From the IMG/VR virus record IMGVR_UViG_3300027708_002017: DNA of 64,000 bases, one strand, 5' to 3'. The DNA is from an uncultured virus (IMG/VR IMGVR_UViG_3300027708_002017) (Duplodnaviria > Heunggongvirae > Uroviricota > Caudoviricetes). Of this stretch, positions 30,890-40,524 are shown one piece after another (positions within the stretch are counted from its first letter, which is position 1; each line of letters begins with the position of its first letter). The notes beneath the pieces are model-generated. The model did no database searches. It was given only the letters and a program-made list of their open reading frames with translations, and was not told the DNA's origin. The translations under genes and the position numbers were made by a program.

Positions 30890-31495
30890 TTCCGAAAATT
30901 CTTTCTTTCGATTTCCTACAATACAATGTGCTATCATGTGCATACGTGGAACTGAGCTTGGATTAACTACTGAATGTGTATCAGTTATATTAATTGTAAA
31001 TGCTTTTCCTTCGGCCCACGGCACTCTGCCGTACTTGTCTAAATTCATATAACATTCAGTTGGATGCGTTATAGCAACGTTAATTGGTATCATATGATCC
31101 ATCATATCAAACTCTGTATTTTTAATACCATTAGGTGCATCGCAATGAGGCGCAATAGAACCGCCGGGTGCTAATTCCATGAACCGTAGTCTAACAAATT
31201 GTTCTGTAGGAAAAGATTTCCAGAATTTAGTAATAGAAGGACATAGTTCAGTTAATTTAGTCCAGTGATAATTTTCAATAGGTTCTAACGGACGAGTTCC
31301 TGTAATATCGATATCCAGCCCGTGCAGACAACAACTGCGCCATCCATCATGCCCATCGCCCTCTCTATGGTTTACTAGATAGTTTGTTATGTTGTTTGCT
31401 TCTTTTTTCCATTGATCTAAATCAAAATCTATATCCAGTTCGATCCATCCAATAGGTTTTCTTAGAATTTCAGTAGCTTGAGCAATTATGTCCAT
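30842..31495 (-). CDS. Asp/Asn beta-hydroxylase-like 2OG-Fe(II) oxygenase
   Basis: RLRFMELAPGGSIAPHCD...HSVVN...RMH. Confidence 0.8.
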   Translation of the reverse strand: MDIIAQATEILRKPIGWIELDIDFDLDQWKKEANNITNYLVNHREGDGHDGWRSCCLHGLDIDITGTRPLEPIENYHWTKLTELCPSITKFWKSFPTEQFVRLRFMELAPGGSIAPHCDAPNGIKNTEFDMMDHMIPINVAITHPTECYMNLDKYGRVPWAEGKAFTINITDTHSVVNPSSVPRMHMIAHCIVGNRKKEFSELIVRSYNKFTRQNTF

Positions 31496-31533
31496 ATCTA
31501 TATTTAACTGTTAACTGGGCATATAAATAATTT

Positions 31534-32085
31534 ATGAAATTATACATTGCCACACTTAGCACAACGTACTGTGAGGAAATTTTGTCCGAGTTGACTAATC
31601 ACAACGTCGAGCCAAGTAACGGCCACATGGTTTTAGATTCTTCAAATTCTTATTATCAAGAGTATGCTAGCCAAACACAGATGTTAGAGTCTGCCGGTTA
31701 TACTACTGATACAGTAGAATATCGACATTATCAATCTGGAAAACATTTTCATCACAAATACGAAGATGCTATTAGTAATCTAGTTGGAGCCATTCCATTA
31801 ATGTGTTGGGTAAGTGAAATACGCCCAGGCAAGTGTACACCATGGCATTGGGATATTAATCCCTGGGAAGAAGAACATAAAGCATTAGGCACAATAGTTA
31901 GATATTTTTGTTTTTTAAGTAAGCCTGCCCACGGGCACGTATTTGTTACAGAACACGATGCATATTACAATGAACCTCAAGGAACTATATACCAGTATGA
32001 AAATATACACTCCTGGCATGCCGGTTCTAATGTAGGACTAGTGCCTAAGTTTTTATTAACCTTTACGGGTTACAAGAAATTCTAG
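31534..32085 (+). CDS. 2OG-Fe(II)/cupin oxygenase
   Basis: PWHWD...WHAGSN...K; similar to 25678-26178. Confidence 0.75.
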   Translation: MKLYIATLSTTYCEEILSELTNHNVEPSNGHMVLDSSNSYYQEYASQTQMLESAGYTTDTVEYRHYQSGKHFHHKYEDAISNLVGAIPLMCWVSEIRPGKCTPWHWDINPWEEEHKALGTIVRYFCFLSKPAHGHVFVTEHDAYYNEPQGTIYQYENIHSWHAGSNVGLVPKFLLTFTGYKKF

Positions 32086-33630
32086 TAATGGGGTAAAATA
32101 CTCTTTTTCAATTTGGTCAAGCATAGCTTGTTTAATATCGCGTCCACCTAGGTAATTGTTATATTCTTCCCAAGTAGACATTTTCATTAGTGTATTATAA
32201 TCTACATCTGCTAAACAACTAACATAAAAGAAACTTTTGTATAACTGTATGTGACTGGTTAATTTATGGTGCCATTTAACAGCAACTTCTGTAGCTTTTT
32301 CAAATGTATCTATATCAGTGCCGTCATCCTTAGTCCATTGCCATGGCACACTTTCGTTGGGAAATGCATAACCATATTTGTCTGCGTTTAATTCAAATTC
32401 TGCATTGAATCTGTACTTGGTAAAATCAGAATGTTTAATAATACGCAACGGAGTTACATTAACGTTGCCTACAGGTCTATCTGGTTTGTCAAAATAACTG
32501 CAACTTGCTTCAAACGTTTCTACAGAATCCTTGGGTAATCCGCATATAAGTCCAGTTTCAATCCACACTTCAGGTCCCCATTCTTTGGCACACATCTCGA
32601 GTGTATCTGTTATGCGTTTAGGATCTAATCCTTTTCCTATAACTTTGCCTGCTTCTCGATTCAAAGTTTCAATGCCAAAGTATACTTCGCGCACACCAAT
32701 ATCTTTAGCAAGTTGTATCTGATTAGGATCTGCAACAATTAAGTCTAATCGCATATAACACCAAAACACAGGAGTAAACGGTAAATTATTAACTACACGT
32801 TTCATCATTTCTAATTTTTCTGTGCTGTCATTAAACGTGTCATCTACAATAATATAGCGTGTAGTTCCCCAACGTCTATAATTGTCCATAAGCTCGTTGT
32901 ACAAGCATTGTTCAAACTTAAGATAGTCTGCAATATTCTTTTGTCCTATTAGTGGGTATGAACAAAACTTGCAATTGAATCGACAACCTCTACCGACTTC
33001 TAGTATCAGTGTTTCGCTAGGTAGAATAAAACTTTCAGGTTCGTAATCTATTTTGGACTTACGAAAGTCCCAAGAAGGGGTCTGTGCTTTTTTATCGTAG
33101 TCGATAATCTTATTGAATATACGCTTAGGTCTCTTACCACTTAAACTATCCAAGTAGTCAATGATCATAGTTTCTGCGTGACCAATAAAACAAGCATCAA
33201 CAGGTGTGTGCAAATACATAAACACTTTGGCACCGCCTAGTATTATTTTAGTCTTTGAATTTATACTTTTAATTAGATCTATATACTTGTTAATCTCTGA
33301 TGTAGAAAACTCTGTAGGTAAACATTCATCTATATTATTTGATTCTTGATTGAAACGTACACTAGGCTTACTAGGTTCACGCTGAACAGATGTGCCATCC
33401 GGTAAAATAAATGGAAACCATGTAGTACTAAAACCAACAGCAAGTGTGTTAGGGCCAACAGCAAGTTCTATAATCTGTTTAAATCTGTTGTAGTTAATGT
33501 AATTAGCAAAGTCTACTACAAGTACACTATATCCGTGTTCTCGTATTTCTGTAGCAATCCTGTGAGATCCTGACGATCTAGCATAGGTTGTTAGATCGGG
33601 CATATCACCAAACAATATTACATCATACAT
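32056..33630 (-). CDS. B12-binding-domain radical SAM enzyme (class B methylase-like)
   Basis: N-terminal AVGFSTT..KIILGG Rossmann-like region; EVGRGCRFNCKFC; VDDTFN; FGIET; ICGLP. Confidence 0.85.
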   Translation of the reverse strand: MYDVILFGDMPDLTTYARSSGSHRIATEIREHGYSVLVVDFANYINYNRFKQIIELAVGPNTLAVGFSTTWFPFILPDGTSVQREPSKPSVRFNQESNNIDECLPTEFSTSEINKYIDLIKSINSKTKIILGGAKVFMYLHTPVDACFIGHAETMIIDYLDSLSGKRPKRIFNKIIDYDKKAQTPSWDFRKSKIDYEPESFILPSETLILEVGRGCRFNCKFCSYPLIGQKNIADYLKFEQCLYNELMDNYRRWGTTRYIIVDDTFNDSTEKLEMMKRVVNNLPFTPVFWCYMRLDLIVADPNQIQLAKDIGVREVYFGIETLNREAGKVIGKGLDPKRITDTLEMCAKEWGPEVWIETGLICGLPKDSVETFEASCSYFDKPDRPVGNVNVTPLRIIKHSDFTKYRFNAEFELNADKYGYAFPNESVPWQWTKDDGTDIDTFEKATEVAVKWHHKLTSHIQLYKSFFYVSCLADVDYNTLMKMSTWEEYNNYLGGRDIKQAMLDQIEKEYFTPLLEFLVTRKG

Positions 33631-34436
33631 CAATGGCTCTCCAAATTATCAACGCCTAACTGTTTGCGAAATTCTTCTGTAAACTTGCCATCAATGCGCA
33701 AACCATAGCTCTGTTCCATAGTAGCGTTGCCTCCGTGCCAGTCTTGGTCATTCCACCATGCGGCGCGAGTATTAATATATGTATGATTACGTTTTTCAGG
33801 ATCCCACAAGTAGAAAGGTTTTTTTAAATTTGGTCGTATATGAATGAATTCATTTATATTATCAGTGTATCCGTCTTGTATACCTTTGGTCCCGTCTAAA
33901 TCTCTATGTTCAAACGGAACACCCCCTGCTTCGCAATGAAAGAAAATTACACGGCCAATGTTTTCAAAGATACTGTTAGTGATTAAATTTTCAACCCATG
34001 TAACGGTATTTGGAAAATAGGCAGCTTCGGGAGTAAGTTTGCGTGGTGTGCTACGATCATCCCACGAACCTTGTTCCCACAAGAAATAATAAATGTAAGG
34101 GTCGTAAGCACCCATGGCCATTTTAATATAGCGTGTAAATCGATTACGAACACGAAAGTCTTGAAAATCTCTATATAAATCTATGCCACCTTGTTTAACT
34201 GGATCTTCATCTGGCAATGCTAGGAACTCTTCAATAGCTTTGTATATTGGTTTCCAATTTGGGATATAGCTCATGTCTTCTATTTTAAAAGCAGGTTTCA
34301 TCCATGTACCTTCTTTGGCAAACTCTCTTGCATCTGCAAAGCCTCGGAGTATTTCAGGCTGTAACTGATCAAAAGAATCCATGTCGAGATACGGCGATAT
34401 GTCTATGTAGGGAACATTTTTTATGCCTTTAATCAT
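33630..34436 (-). CDS. Probable double-stranded beta-helix (2OG-Fe(II)-like) oxygenase
   Basis: PFEHRD...DWHGG...LRIDG. Confidence 0.55.
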   Translation of the reverse strand: MIKGIKNVPYIDISPYLDMDSFDQLQPEILRGFADAREFAKEGTWMKPAFKIEDMSYIPNWKPIYKAIEEFLALPDEDPVKQGGIDLYRDFQDFRVRNRFTRYIKMAMGAYDPYIYYFLWEQGSWDDRSTPRKLTPEAAYFPNTVTWVENLITNSIFENIGRVIFFHCEAGGVPFEHRDLDGTKGIQDGYTDNINEFIHIRPNLKKPFYLWDPEKRNHTYINTRAAWWNDQDWHGGNATMEQSYGLRIDGKFTEEFRKQLGVDNLESH

Positions 34437-35124
34437 ATATTCTTTTAGCCTGTTCTATAAAATCATCTGGATAGTTAGATCTAAAACTTTCAAAACACAA
34501 CTGTTGTAATTTATCTAAGGACTGTGGTTCGTCCCAATCTAAACCCATTGCTTCCACTTGTTTACGCATAATTGCTTGCCTTGCACTGTATATATGACTG
34601 CTGTGGTCTGCAATACTAATAGGGCCTTCATTACTGCTATATGTAAAAAAGTAATTGATGCTTTTTAATTTGCCGTCTACTACAAAGTAACTGCTAGGGT
34701 GCAAACTGTACTTGTACCATCCTCTGTCTTTATGTGCTTGTAATATTGCTAACATTTGCTCTTGCCAATCAGGTAAGACTACATCGTAGTTTTCAATACT
34801 ACATTTTGCTAGATTCCAAAAATCTTCGCCGTCTATTTCTAAATAAATTTTCTTCTCTGGGATGTTAACTTCTATAATCTTTGGAACCATGTCTGGGTTA
34901 TGCCAAGCCATATTTTGTAAAAAATGTAATTCTCGATGAAACTTGTCATTCATCAATTTGGGATCAACAACTTCATTTTGTCCTTTGTGATATTCGGTAT
35001 CGTTATAATACCATTGTACAAATATCTTGTTATCTTCGCTAATAAGACTTGTATAGATTAAATTGTTTCTACTAGGCGTTTCGCCGGGTACATTGTTGTA
35101 ATAGTAATTGTAGTTCATATTCAT
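34429..35124 (-). CDS. Hypothetical protein, possible degenerate kinase-like fold
   Basis: FHREL.FL..VPKIIEV..YLE; catalytic HxD/DFG not intact (YSLHPSSY, INYF). Confidence 0.5.
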   Translation of the reverse strand: MNMNYNYYYNNVPGETPSRNNLIYTSLISEDNKIFVQWYYNDTEYHKGQNEVVDPKLMNDKFHRELHFLQNMAWHNPDMVPKIIEVNIPEKKIYLEIDGEDFWNLAKCSIENYDVVLPDWQEQMLAILQAHKDRGWYKYSLHPSSYFVVDGKLKSINYFFTYSSNEGPISIADHSSHIYSARQAIMRKQVEAMGLDWDEPQSLDKLQQLCFESFRSNYPDDFIEQAKRIYD

Positions 35125-36317
35125 TTATATAGTGTTAATAAGTTTAGTGGACTTTTATCTGGATTACGATTAAACTTGTATCTTTCAGGCGGAGTATCTG
35201 GCAAAGGTAATCCTTTATTTTTCCACACATCTCTACGAATAATTTGATGTAGAAAATTTGTAACTCCATCGGGTACAAAATCGCACCATGGGCCGGAGCG
35301 TAGTTCTTCCATGTCAATGTCTGTTTCATCGCACCATTGAATTATACGTATATCTTTGCCTTCTACATTGGCCATAACATGATAGATATTATTGTCAGCT
35401 TCTATAATACGTTCAAACGATTTGTTGTTTAACTTGCACCAAGATGAAATTGCTTTATAGACATCGCTAACAAAAATTCTTTCTTGTCCAGGGTTACGTC
35501 CGATGTCACTGCCATAGCGTATTCTAAAGTTTTTACTCAGCCATTTGTTGCTACATATTTCTTTCATTATAAAACCAACTTCGTTTAATGACATCATTGT
35601 GTAACTTATATAACTAATAGATATTCCTTCAAGATGTATATTTTCAATTGCTGACAATTGTTTTTTTCTAATAGTTGCATGGTCGTTATAACTAGGATGA
35701 TTTAGCCCTATGTTAACACTACTCAATCCGCTGGTCTTTGCATGCCGTACATAATCCAAGTCAGAAAAACATATTCCGTTAGTCATTACAGAAACTGTGA
35801 CACTGGGATCTAATTTTACAATTTCACTTATTAATTTGTTAAAATCTTTTCTTAATGTGGGTTCCGCTCCACTAAGTATAACCCTATGTATTGCATCTTC
35901 ACCTAACGGCCATTTTTTAATCTGCAACAAAATTGACTTAATTGGCTGATCTGTTAAACTGTTATCAGGTTCGTGATAACAGTGAGGGCATGTTAAATTA
36001 CATCGATCAGTTACTTCAATTAAAACACCGCCATTGAAATTATATTGCGGATTATCTTGAGTATAATAAATGCCAGCATAAAATTCATAATCGTTTTCAA
36101 TCATATGATGGCTAATTCCGTGTAATTTGCAATTTTTAGCAATGTAAACTTTTCCGTCTTTATGATATCGCCATGCAGGAACATGACTGTGACAATGATG
36201 GCATAGACTTACAGTAGGTAACAATACATTGCCATCAACGCCTTTGATTTCAGAGTGTATTTTATCTACGGCTGATTCTGTAAATTGATCAAGTCCTGCA
36301 AATACAATATTAGTCAT
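35121..36317 (-). CDS. Radical SAM enzyme with Tes/MJ0619-like N-terminal metal-binding domain
   Basis: TVSLCHHC..VPA..DGKVYIAKNCKLHG; EVTDRCNLTCPHC; SGAEPT. Confidence 0.85.
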   Translation of the reverse strand: MTNIVFAGLDQFTESAVDKIHSEIKGVDGNVLLPTVSLCHHCHSHVPAWRYHKDGKVYIAKNCKLHGISHHMIENDYEFYAGIYYTQDNPQYNFNGGVLIEVTDRCNLTCPHCYHEPDNSLTDQPIKSILLQIKKWPLGEDAIHRVILSGAEPTLRKDFNKLISEIVKLDPSVTVSVMTNGICFSDLDYVRHAKTSGLSSVNIGLNHPSYNDHATIRKKQLSAIENIHLEGISISYISYTMMSLNEVGFIMKEICSNKWLSKNFRIRYGSDIGRNPGQERIFVSDVYKAISSWCKLNNKSFERIIEADNNIYHVMANVEGKDIRIIQWCDETDIDMEELRSGPWCDFVPDGVTNFLHQIIRRDVWKNKGLPLPDTPPERYKFNRNPDKSPLNLLTLYK

Positions 36318-36961
36318 AGATACACCGCCCGACTTTTAAATTTTTTTAAACTTCTTGACAATAATGCTTCATGTTTTTCGTTATCGATAATTCCAGCCAA
36401 TGTTAAAATAATTTTTGGCCTGTCATTCTTTACTGCGCCGTGCCATACATCGGTATTGTTAAAAACAAAACACGAGTATTCGGGATCAATACTAATCAAC
36501 ACTCTTTCACTGTTCTCAGTTTTAGAAACATAAAATGTATTGTATTCTGGATTAGTTAAGTAGATAGTATATCGCCTTGGTTCGGTGGGATAATGTGTAT
36601 CTACAGTATCCTGATGTGTGGGTATTTCGTTCATTTGATACAACATTCCACTAACAGTAAGTTGTTTGAATGGTAGTTGTTTTATGCAATTAGCAATTTC
36701 TGGAAACGTTTCTTCAAACCCAGGATGAAATAACACACCTTGATTTTCACTTTCAATCCTTCGATTTTCCCACATAGTAGGATCAAACCTACGCCAGTCG
36801 TCTGGCATTTTACAAGCAGATACTAACGCCCAAGTATGCCGACCTTTCTGATATTCCCAGTAATCGGTATCTAACAATTTATGATGTTCAAACCAATCTA
36901 ACAATTTCTGTTCATCAAGTATTGGCATAGGTATATCAATTGGTAAGTATGCTAGATTCAT
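36314..36961 (-). CDS. 2OG-Fe(II)/cupin oxygenase
   Basis: IPTHQD...WHGA...K. Confidence 0.65.
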   Translation of the reverse strand: MNLAYLPIDIPMPILDEQKLLDWFEHHKLLDTDYWEYQKGRHTWALVSACKMPDDWRRFDPTMWENRRIESENQGVLFHPGFEETFPEIANCIKQLPFKQLTVSGMLYQMNEIPTHQDTVDTHYPTEPRRYTIYLTNPEYNTFYVSKTENSERVLISIDPEYSCFVFNNTDVWHGAVKNDRPKIILTLAGIIDNEKHEALLSRSLKKFKSRAVYL

Positions 36962-37578
36962 ATAATTCCGCTTATGGACAATAAGTTATTGAGATGTGTA
37001 TTATTCAATCTAAAAATAATTGTAACTCGATCTTGATTAGAACTATTGTAAGTATAGTGCGGAACCGTGGTATCTAACAAATAAGCACTGCCATTACTTT
37101 CCAAATAGTATTCTTTATTTTCATCAGGCATGGCAAATGTAATTGCAACTCCATTAGTATATATAGGAATCCACACAGTACATTCATTTTCTTGATCGCT
37201 ATGCAGACTAACTTTCCCTCCAGAAGGTTGAACACTCACTGCCCATCTGTACCCGTATGGGATAGCAGTTTGTAATCTTTCTATAATGCCAAAAACCAAT
37301 TCTGTGTTCCTGTATTCTGTAGTTTCCAGTGTGCTAATATCCCATGGAGGGCACGGAACTGTTAAATCTTTCAAATTGCTCTGTATTGCCCATCCATGTG
37401 TTAACAAGTTTGCAGGATCGGCATAAGCGGCTTCTTTCCATTGTTCAACAATAGTGTCCCCACAACGCTCCCAACTCCAATCCAAATGGTCGTATTTTCC
37501 TGTTAGAATACTGTAGTAATCTTTTAATTCTTGTATATCAACAGCAAAGTTTAATTTAGTAAGGATATTTTCTAGCAT
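36958..37578 (-). CDS. Asp/Asn beta-hydroxylase-like 2OG-Fe(II) oxygenase
   Basis: LHSD..VWIPIYTN..LDTTVPHYTYN..DRV. Confidence 0.8.
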   Translation of the reverse strand: MLENILTKLNFAVDIQELKDYYSILTGKYDHLDWSWERCGDTIVEQWKEAAYADPANLLTHGWAIQSNLKDLTVPCPPWDISTLETTEYRNTELVFGIIERLQTAIPYGYRWAVSVQPSGGKVSLHSDQENECTVWIPIYTNGVAITFAMPDENKEYYLESNGSAYLLDTTVPHYTYNSSNQDRVTIIFRLNNTHLNNLLSISGII

Positions 37579-37614
37579 CTTGTATTTACGTTAAATATAT
37601 GCTACTATAAAAAA

Positions 37615-38229
37615 ATGTACAGATACGACCTAACCAATACTGAAATCAAAATATACTACGAGACTTGTCCGGAGTTTGAATCGGTGCGAGAGCTGTGTTT
37701 ACAAGAAGATAATTGGTTACGTAATAACTATACCAAAGAAAGCCTAGTTCTAGAGCAACATACAGGATACGGAGTAGTTTACCAAAAGTCTACTGGCAAC
37801 CCTATGCTTATGGCAGGGGTATTCCATGATGTTCGATATCCATCCAATGTAGCCAAAATGGTTAATCGGTTGTATACTTTTCCAGATTTCAGAACTAATC
37901 GTTCAAACATGGTAGATGGATTCCGGGTCGCAGATAAATTAATAAAAGAATTAATTCAAATTAATTGTTTTAATATATATCTTGTAACTATGCAAAATAG
38001 GCCGCATCGGGGTGGAAAACGTTGGTGGGATATTTGGTGTAATGCTATGAACACTGCAAGTAATAATATGTGGACGGTCGGAACAGGTTATATTCAGACT
38101 TGTCCATGGCCTGTACAAAAATGTTGGCAGAATTTTGTTTATCACGAGCTACTACCTGGAAAGTTTGCCGAATGGAACCCTGTAGTTATTAATGACGAGG
38201 AATGGGCCAACATGCCCGAAGGTGTATGA
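37615..38229 (+). CDS. Hypothetical protein (possible GNAT-like fold)
   Basis: 204 aa; AKMVNRLYTFPDFR segment reminiscent of GNAT motif A. Confidence 0.55.
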   Translation: MYRYDLTNTEIKIYYETCPEFESVRELCLQEDNWLRNNYTKESLVLEQHTGYGVVYQKSTGNPMLMAGVFHDVRYPSNVAKMVNRLYTFPDFRTNRSNMVDGFRVADKLIKELIQINCFNIYLVTMQNRPHRGGKRWWDIWCNAMNTASNNMWTVGTGYIQTCPWPVQKCWQNFVYHELLPGKFAEWNPVVINDEEWANMPEGV

Positions 38230-38993
38230 ATTTAAATAACAAACTTAGATTATTACAGGCATTTAATCATATAGCGACTATTCCTGCTATCTTTTATGCT
38301 ATCTATACACAGCAATATTATCTATTTGTAATTACTGTTATATCCTGGTTGATTATTGGCCCCATTAGTAGTGTTATTACTCTGCATCGTTTATTAACAC
38401 ATCGTAGCTTTAAAACGTATGCTTGGTTGGAAAAATTGTTAAGTTACATTACTGTATTATCAACAGTAGGGACTACAATTAATTGGGTAGCATTACATCG
38501 ACAGCACCATGCAACATCTGATAAAGATGGAGATCCGCATAGTCCTTATATTGATGGCAAATTTAATATTATCCAGGCAATAAAAGTTTGGTTAGTATAT
38601 GATTGGCAAGTGCCAAATATACCAATTAAGTATGTCAAAGATTTAATGCGTAGCCCAACGCACAAGTTTATCTTTAATAACTATTTTAAAATCATCTTTG
38701 CATTTTCATTGGTTCTACTTTTAATTAATCCAGTATTATGGTTATTTGTTTATGTCGTGCCTGCCAGCATGACTGTACATCTTATTGGAGTTGTAAATGT
38801 ATTAGGTCACAGTCACGGTTATAGAAGTTATGAAACTGCTGATAAAAGTACTAACAGCTGGATTGCCAATATTGTTAGCCTTGGCGACGGCTGGCACAAC
38901 AACCATCATGCAAATGGGGGCAAATATTATTCTGGCGAAAAGTGGTGGGAGTGGGATTTGATGGGCAGACTCATTCAGCTTATTAAAATATAA
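38226..38993 (+). CDS. Membrane fatty-acid (Delta9-type) desaturase
   Basis: His boxes HRLLTH, HRQHH, HNNHH; GDPHSP; TM segments. Confidence 0.92.
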   Translation: MNLNNKLRLLQAFNHIATIPAIFYAIYTQQYYLFVITVISWLIIGPISSVITLHRLLTHRSFKTYAWLEKLLSYITVLSTVGTTINWVALHRQHHATSDKDGDPHSPYIDGKFNIIQAIKVWLVYDWQVPNIPIKYVKDLMRSPTHKFIFNNYFKIIFAFSLVLLLINPVLWLFVYVVPASMTVHLIGVVNVLGHSHGYRSYETADKSTNSWIANIVSLGDGWHNNHHANGGKYYSGEKWWEWDLMGRLIQLIKI

Positions 38994-39601
38994 TGGGCAC
39001 CTTTTATATCGCTAGACCGGAAATTAGTTACATACACGTGCCTCGCACTGGCATGGCTATGAAAAAGATTATTAGCGACTGGCTCAAAACTAATTTTATA
39101 GTCATCGATAATGAAGATTGGATGATTGATCATCCTAACTTACAAATGGTTCGTGAACTTATACCTACAGGTAAAACTATGAGTGTTGTTCGCAATCCTT
39201 GGCAACGTGTGTACAGTTTATATCGTAAAGTAAGCACAGAAGGCTACTGGTTAGATTGGAATGGAAAAACTTTATTAGATTTAAAACCTATAAATGAGTG
39301 GGTAATAGATTATTGTAATCCAGATCTTCCGTTTGAATTTCCTAGATGGTTTAATAAATCTACTAACCAAGTAGATTTTTTAAATTACAATGGTAACTGG
39401 GTAGATTTTATTATCAAAGCAGAAGAGATTGCAACAGAATTTAAACCAGTACAAGAATATTTGGAATGTAAAAGACCGTTGCCTGACTTGTCTGGTTACG
39501 ATCATTGGGAATTTAAAAAATACTTTAATGATGCAAGTATTAAATCTATAAGTAAGGTGCATGAAAGAGATATAGATTTTTTTAAGTACAGCATATCATG
39601 A
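38993..39601 (+). CDS. Sulfotransferase-family protein
   Basis: YIHVPRTG (5'-PSB-like) and VRNPWQRVYS (3'-PB-like). Confidence 0.8.
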   Translation: MGTFYIARPEISYIHVPRTGMAMKKIISDWLKTNFIVIDNEDWMIDHPNLQMVRELIPTGKTMSVVRNPWQRVYSLYRKVSTEGYWLDWNGKTLLDLKPINEWVIDYCNPDLPFEFPRWFNKSTNQVDFLNYNGNWVDFIIKAEEIATEFKPVQEYLECKRPLPDLSGYDHWEFKKYFNDASIKSISKVHERDIDFFKYSIS

Positions 39602-40524
39602 AACCTCGATTAAAATATACAGAAATATATATCACCAATGTGTGTAATTACAGTTGTACTCATTGTCAGAGCCTTAATAATTTTTCTTTTAAAGGTCATC
39701 AACTGTGGGAAGATTACTGTAAAGAATATACAGATATAAGTAATCTTATTGAGTTTGATACTATTCAAATTATAGGAGGAGAGCCTACTTTAAATCCTGA
39801 TTTTGAAAAATGGGTCAATGGTATTTCTAATCTATGGCCTGATTCTAAACTACAAATTGCTACCAATGGAACACGTCTTGATAAATTGGATGATAAAATT
39901 TATCAAATATTATCAAAAAACAAAGGCACACTTTGGATAACATGTCATGATATACAGTTGTATGACGGGTTCTTAGATTTTTCTAAAACATTTCTTAATA
40001 ATATTGTCTCAGATACTTTTGATAGCAATTACAATTTTAAAACTGAATATGAAAAATCTAAAACTGATCCAACAGTAAAATTAAACACAGTGTCTAGGAA
40101 AATGATCGATGAAAAAGGTGTTGAAGTAATACTTGACTGGTCGCAGGCTTTTGTGCCAAGTGTTGTAGATGTGTTAGATGATCAAAGTCTGGCAATGAAA
40201 TATAATAGCGACATAGTTCAAGCACATGATATTTGTGGGTTTAAAACATGTCATCAAATAAACAAGGGCAAACTATACAAATGTCCGTTGGTTAGTGTAT
40301 TACCAGATTTCTTAGATCAATTTGATGTTGCTATGTCTACCGACGATAGAATTTTAGCGCATTCATATAGACCACTAACTGTTAGTAGCAATGCTTCCGA
40401 GTTTGTTAATACAATAAACGACCCTATACCACAATGCAAGTTTTGTCCTGTTGATTACACTAGGAATAATTTTATAGGAACAGAAAAAAAGATTAAAATT
40501 GTTCCACGTAAATCAACAAATTAA
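39598..40524 (+). CDS. Radical SAM enzyme
   Basis: CNYSCTHC, IGGEP, GKLYKC, CKFC. Confidence 0.9.
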   Translation: MKPRLKYTEIYITNVCNYSCTHCQSLNNFSFKGHQLWEDYCKEYTDISNLIEFDTIQIIGGEPTLNPDFEKWVNGISNLWPDSKLQIATNGTRLDKLDDKIYQILSKNKGTLWITCHDIQLYDGFLDFSKTFLNNIVSDTFDSNYNFKTEYEKSKTDPTVKLNTVSRKMIDEKGVEVILDWSQAFVPSVVDVLDDQSLAMKYNSDIVQAHDICGFKTCHQINKGKLYKCPLVSVLPDFLDQFDVAMSTDDRILAHSYRPLTVSSNASEFVNTINDPIPQCKFCPVDYTRNNFIGTEKKIKIVPRKSTN

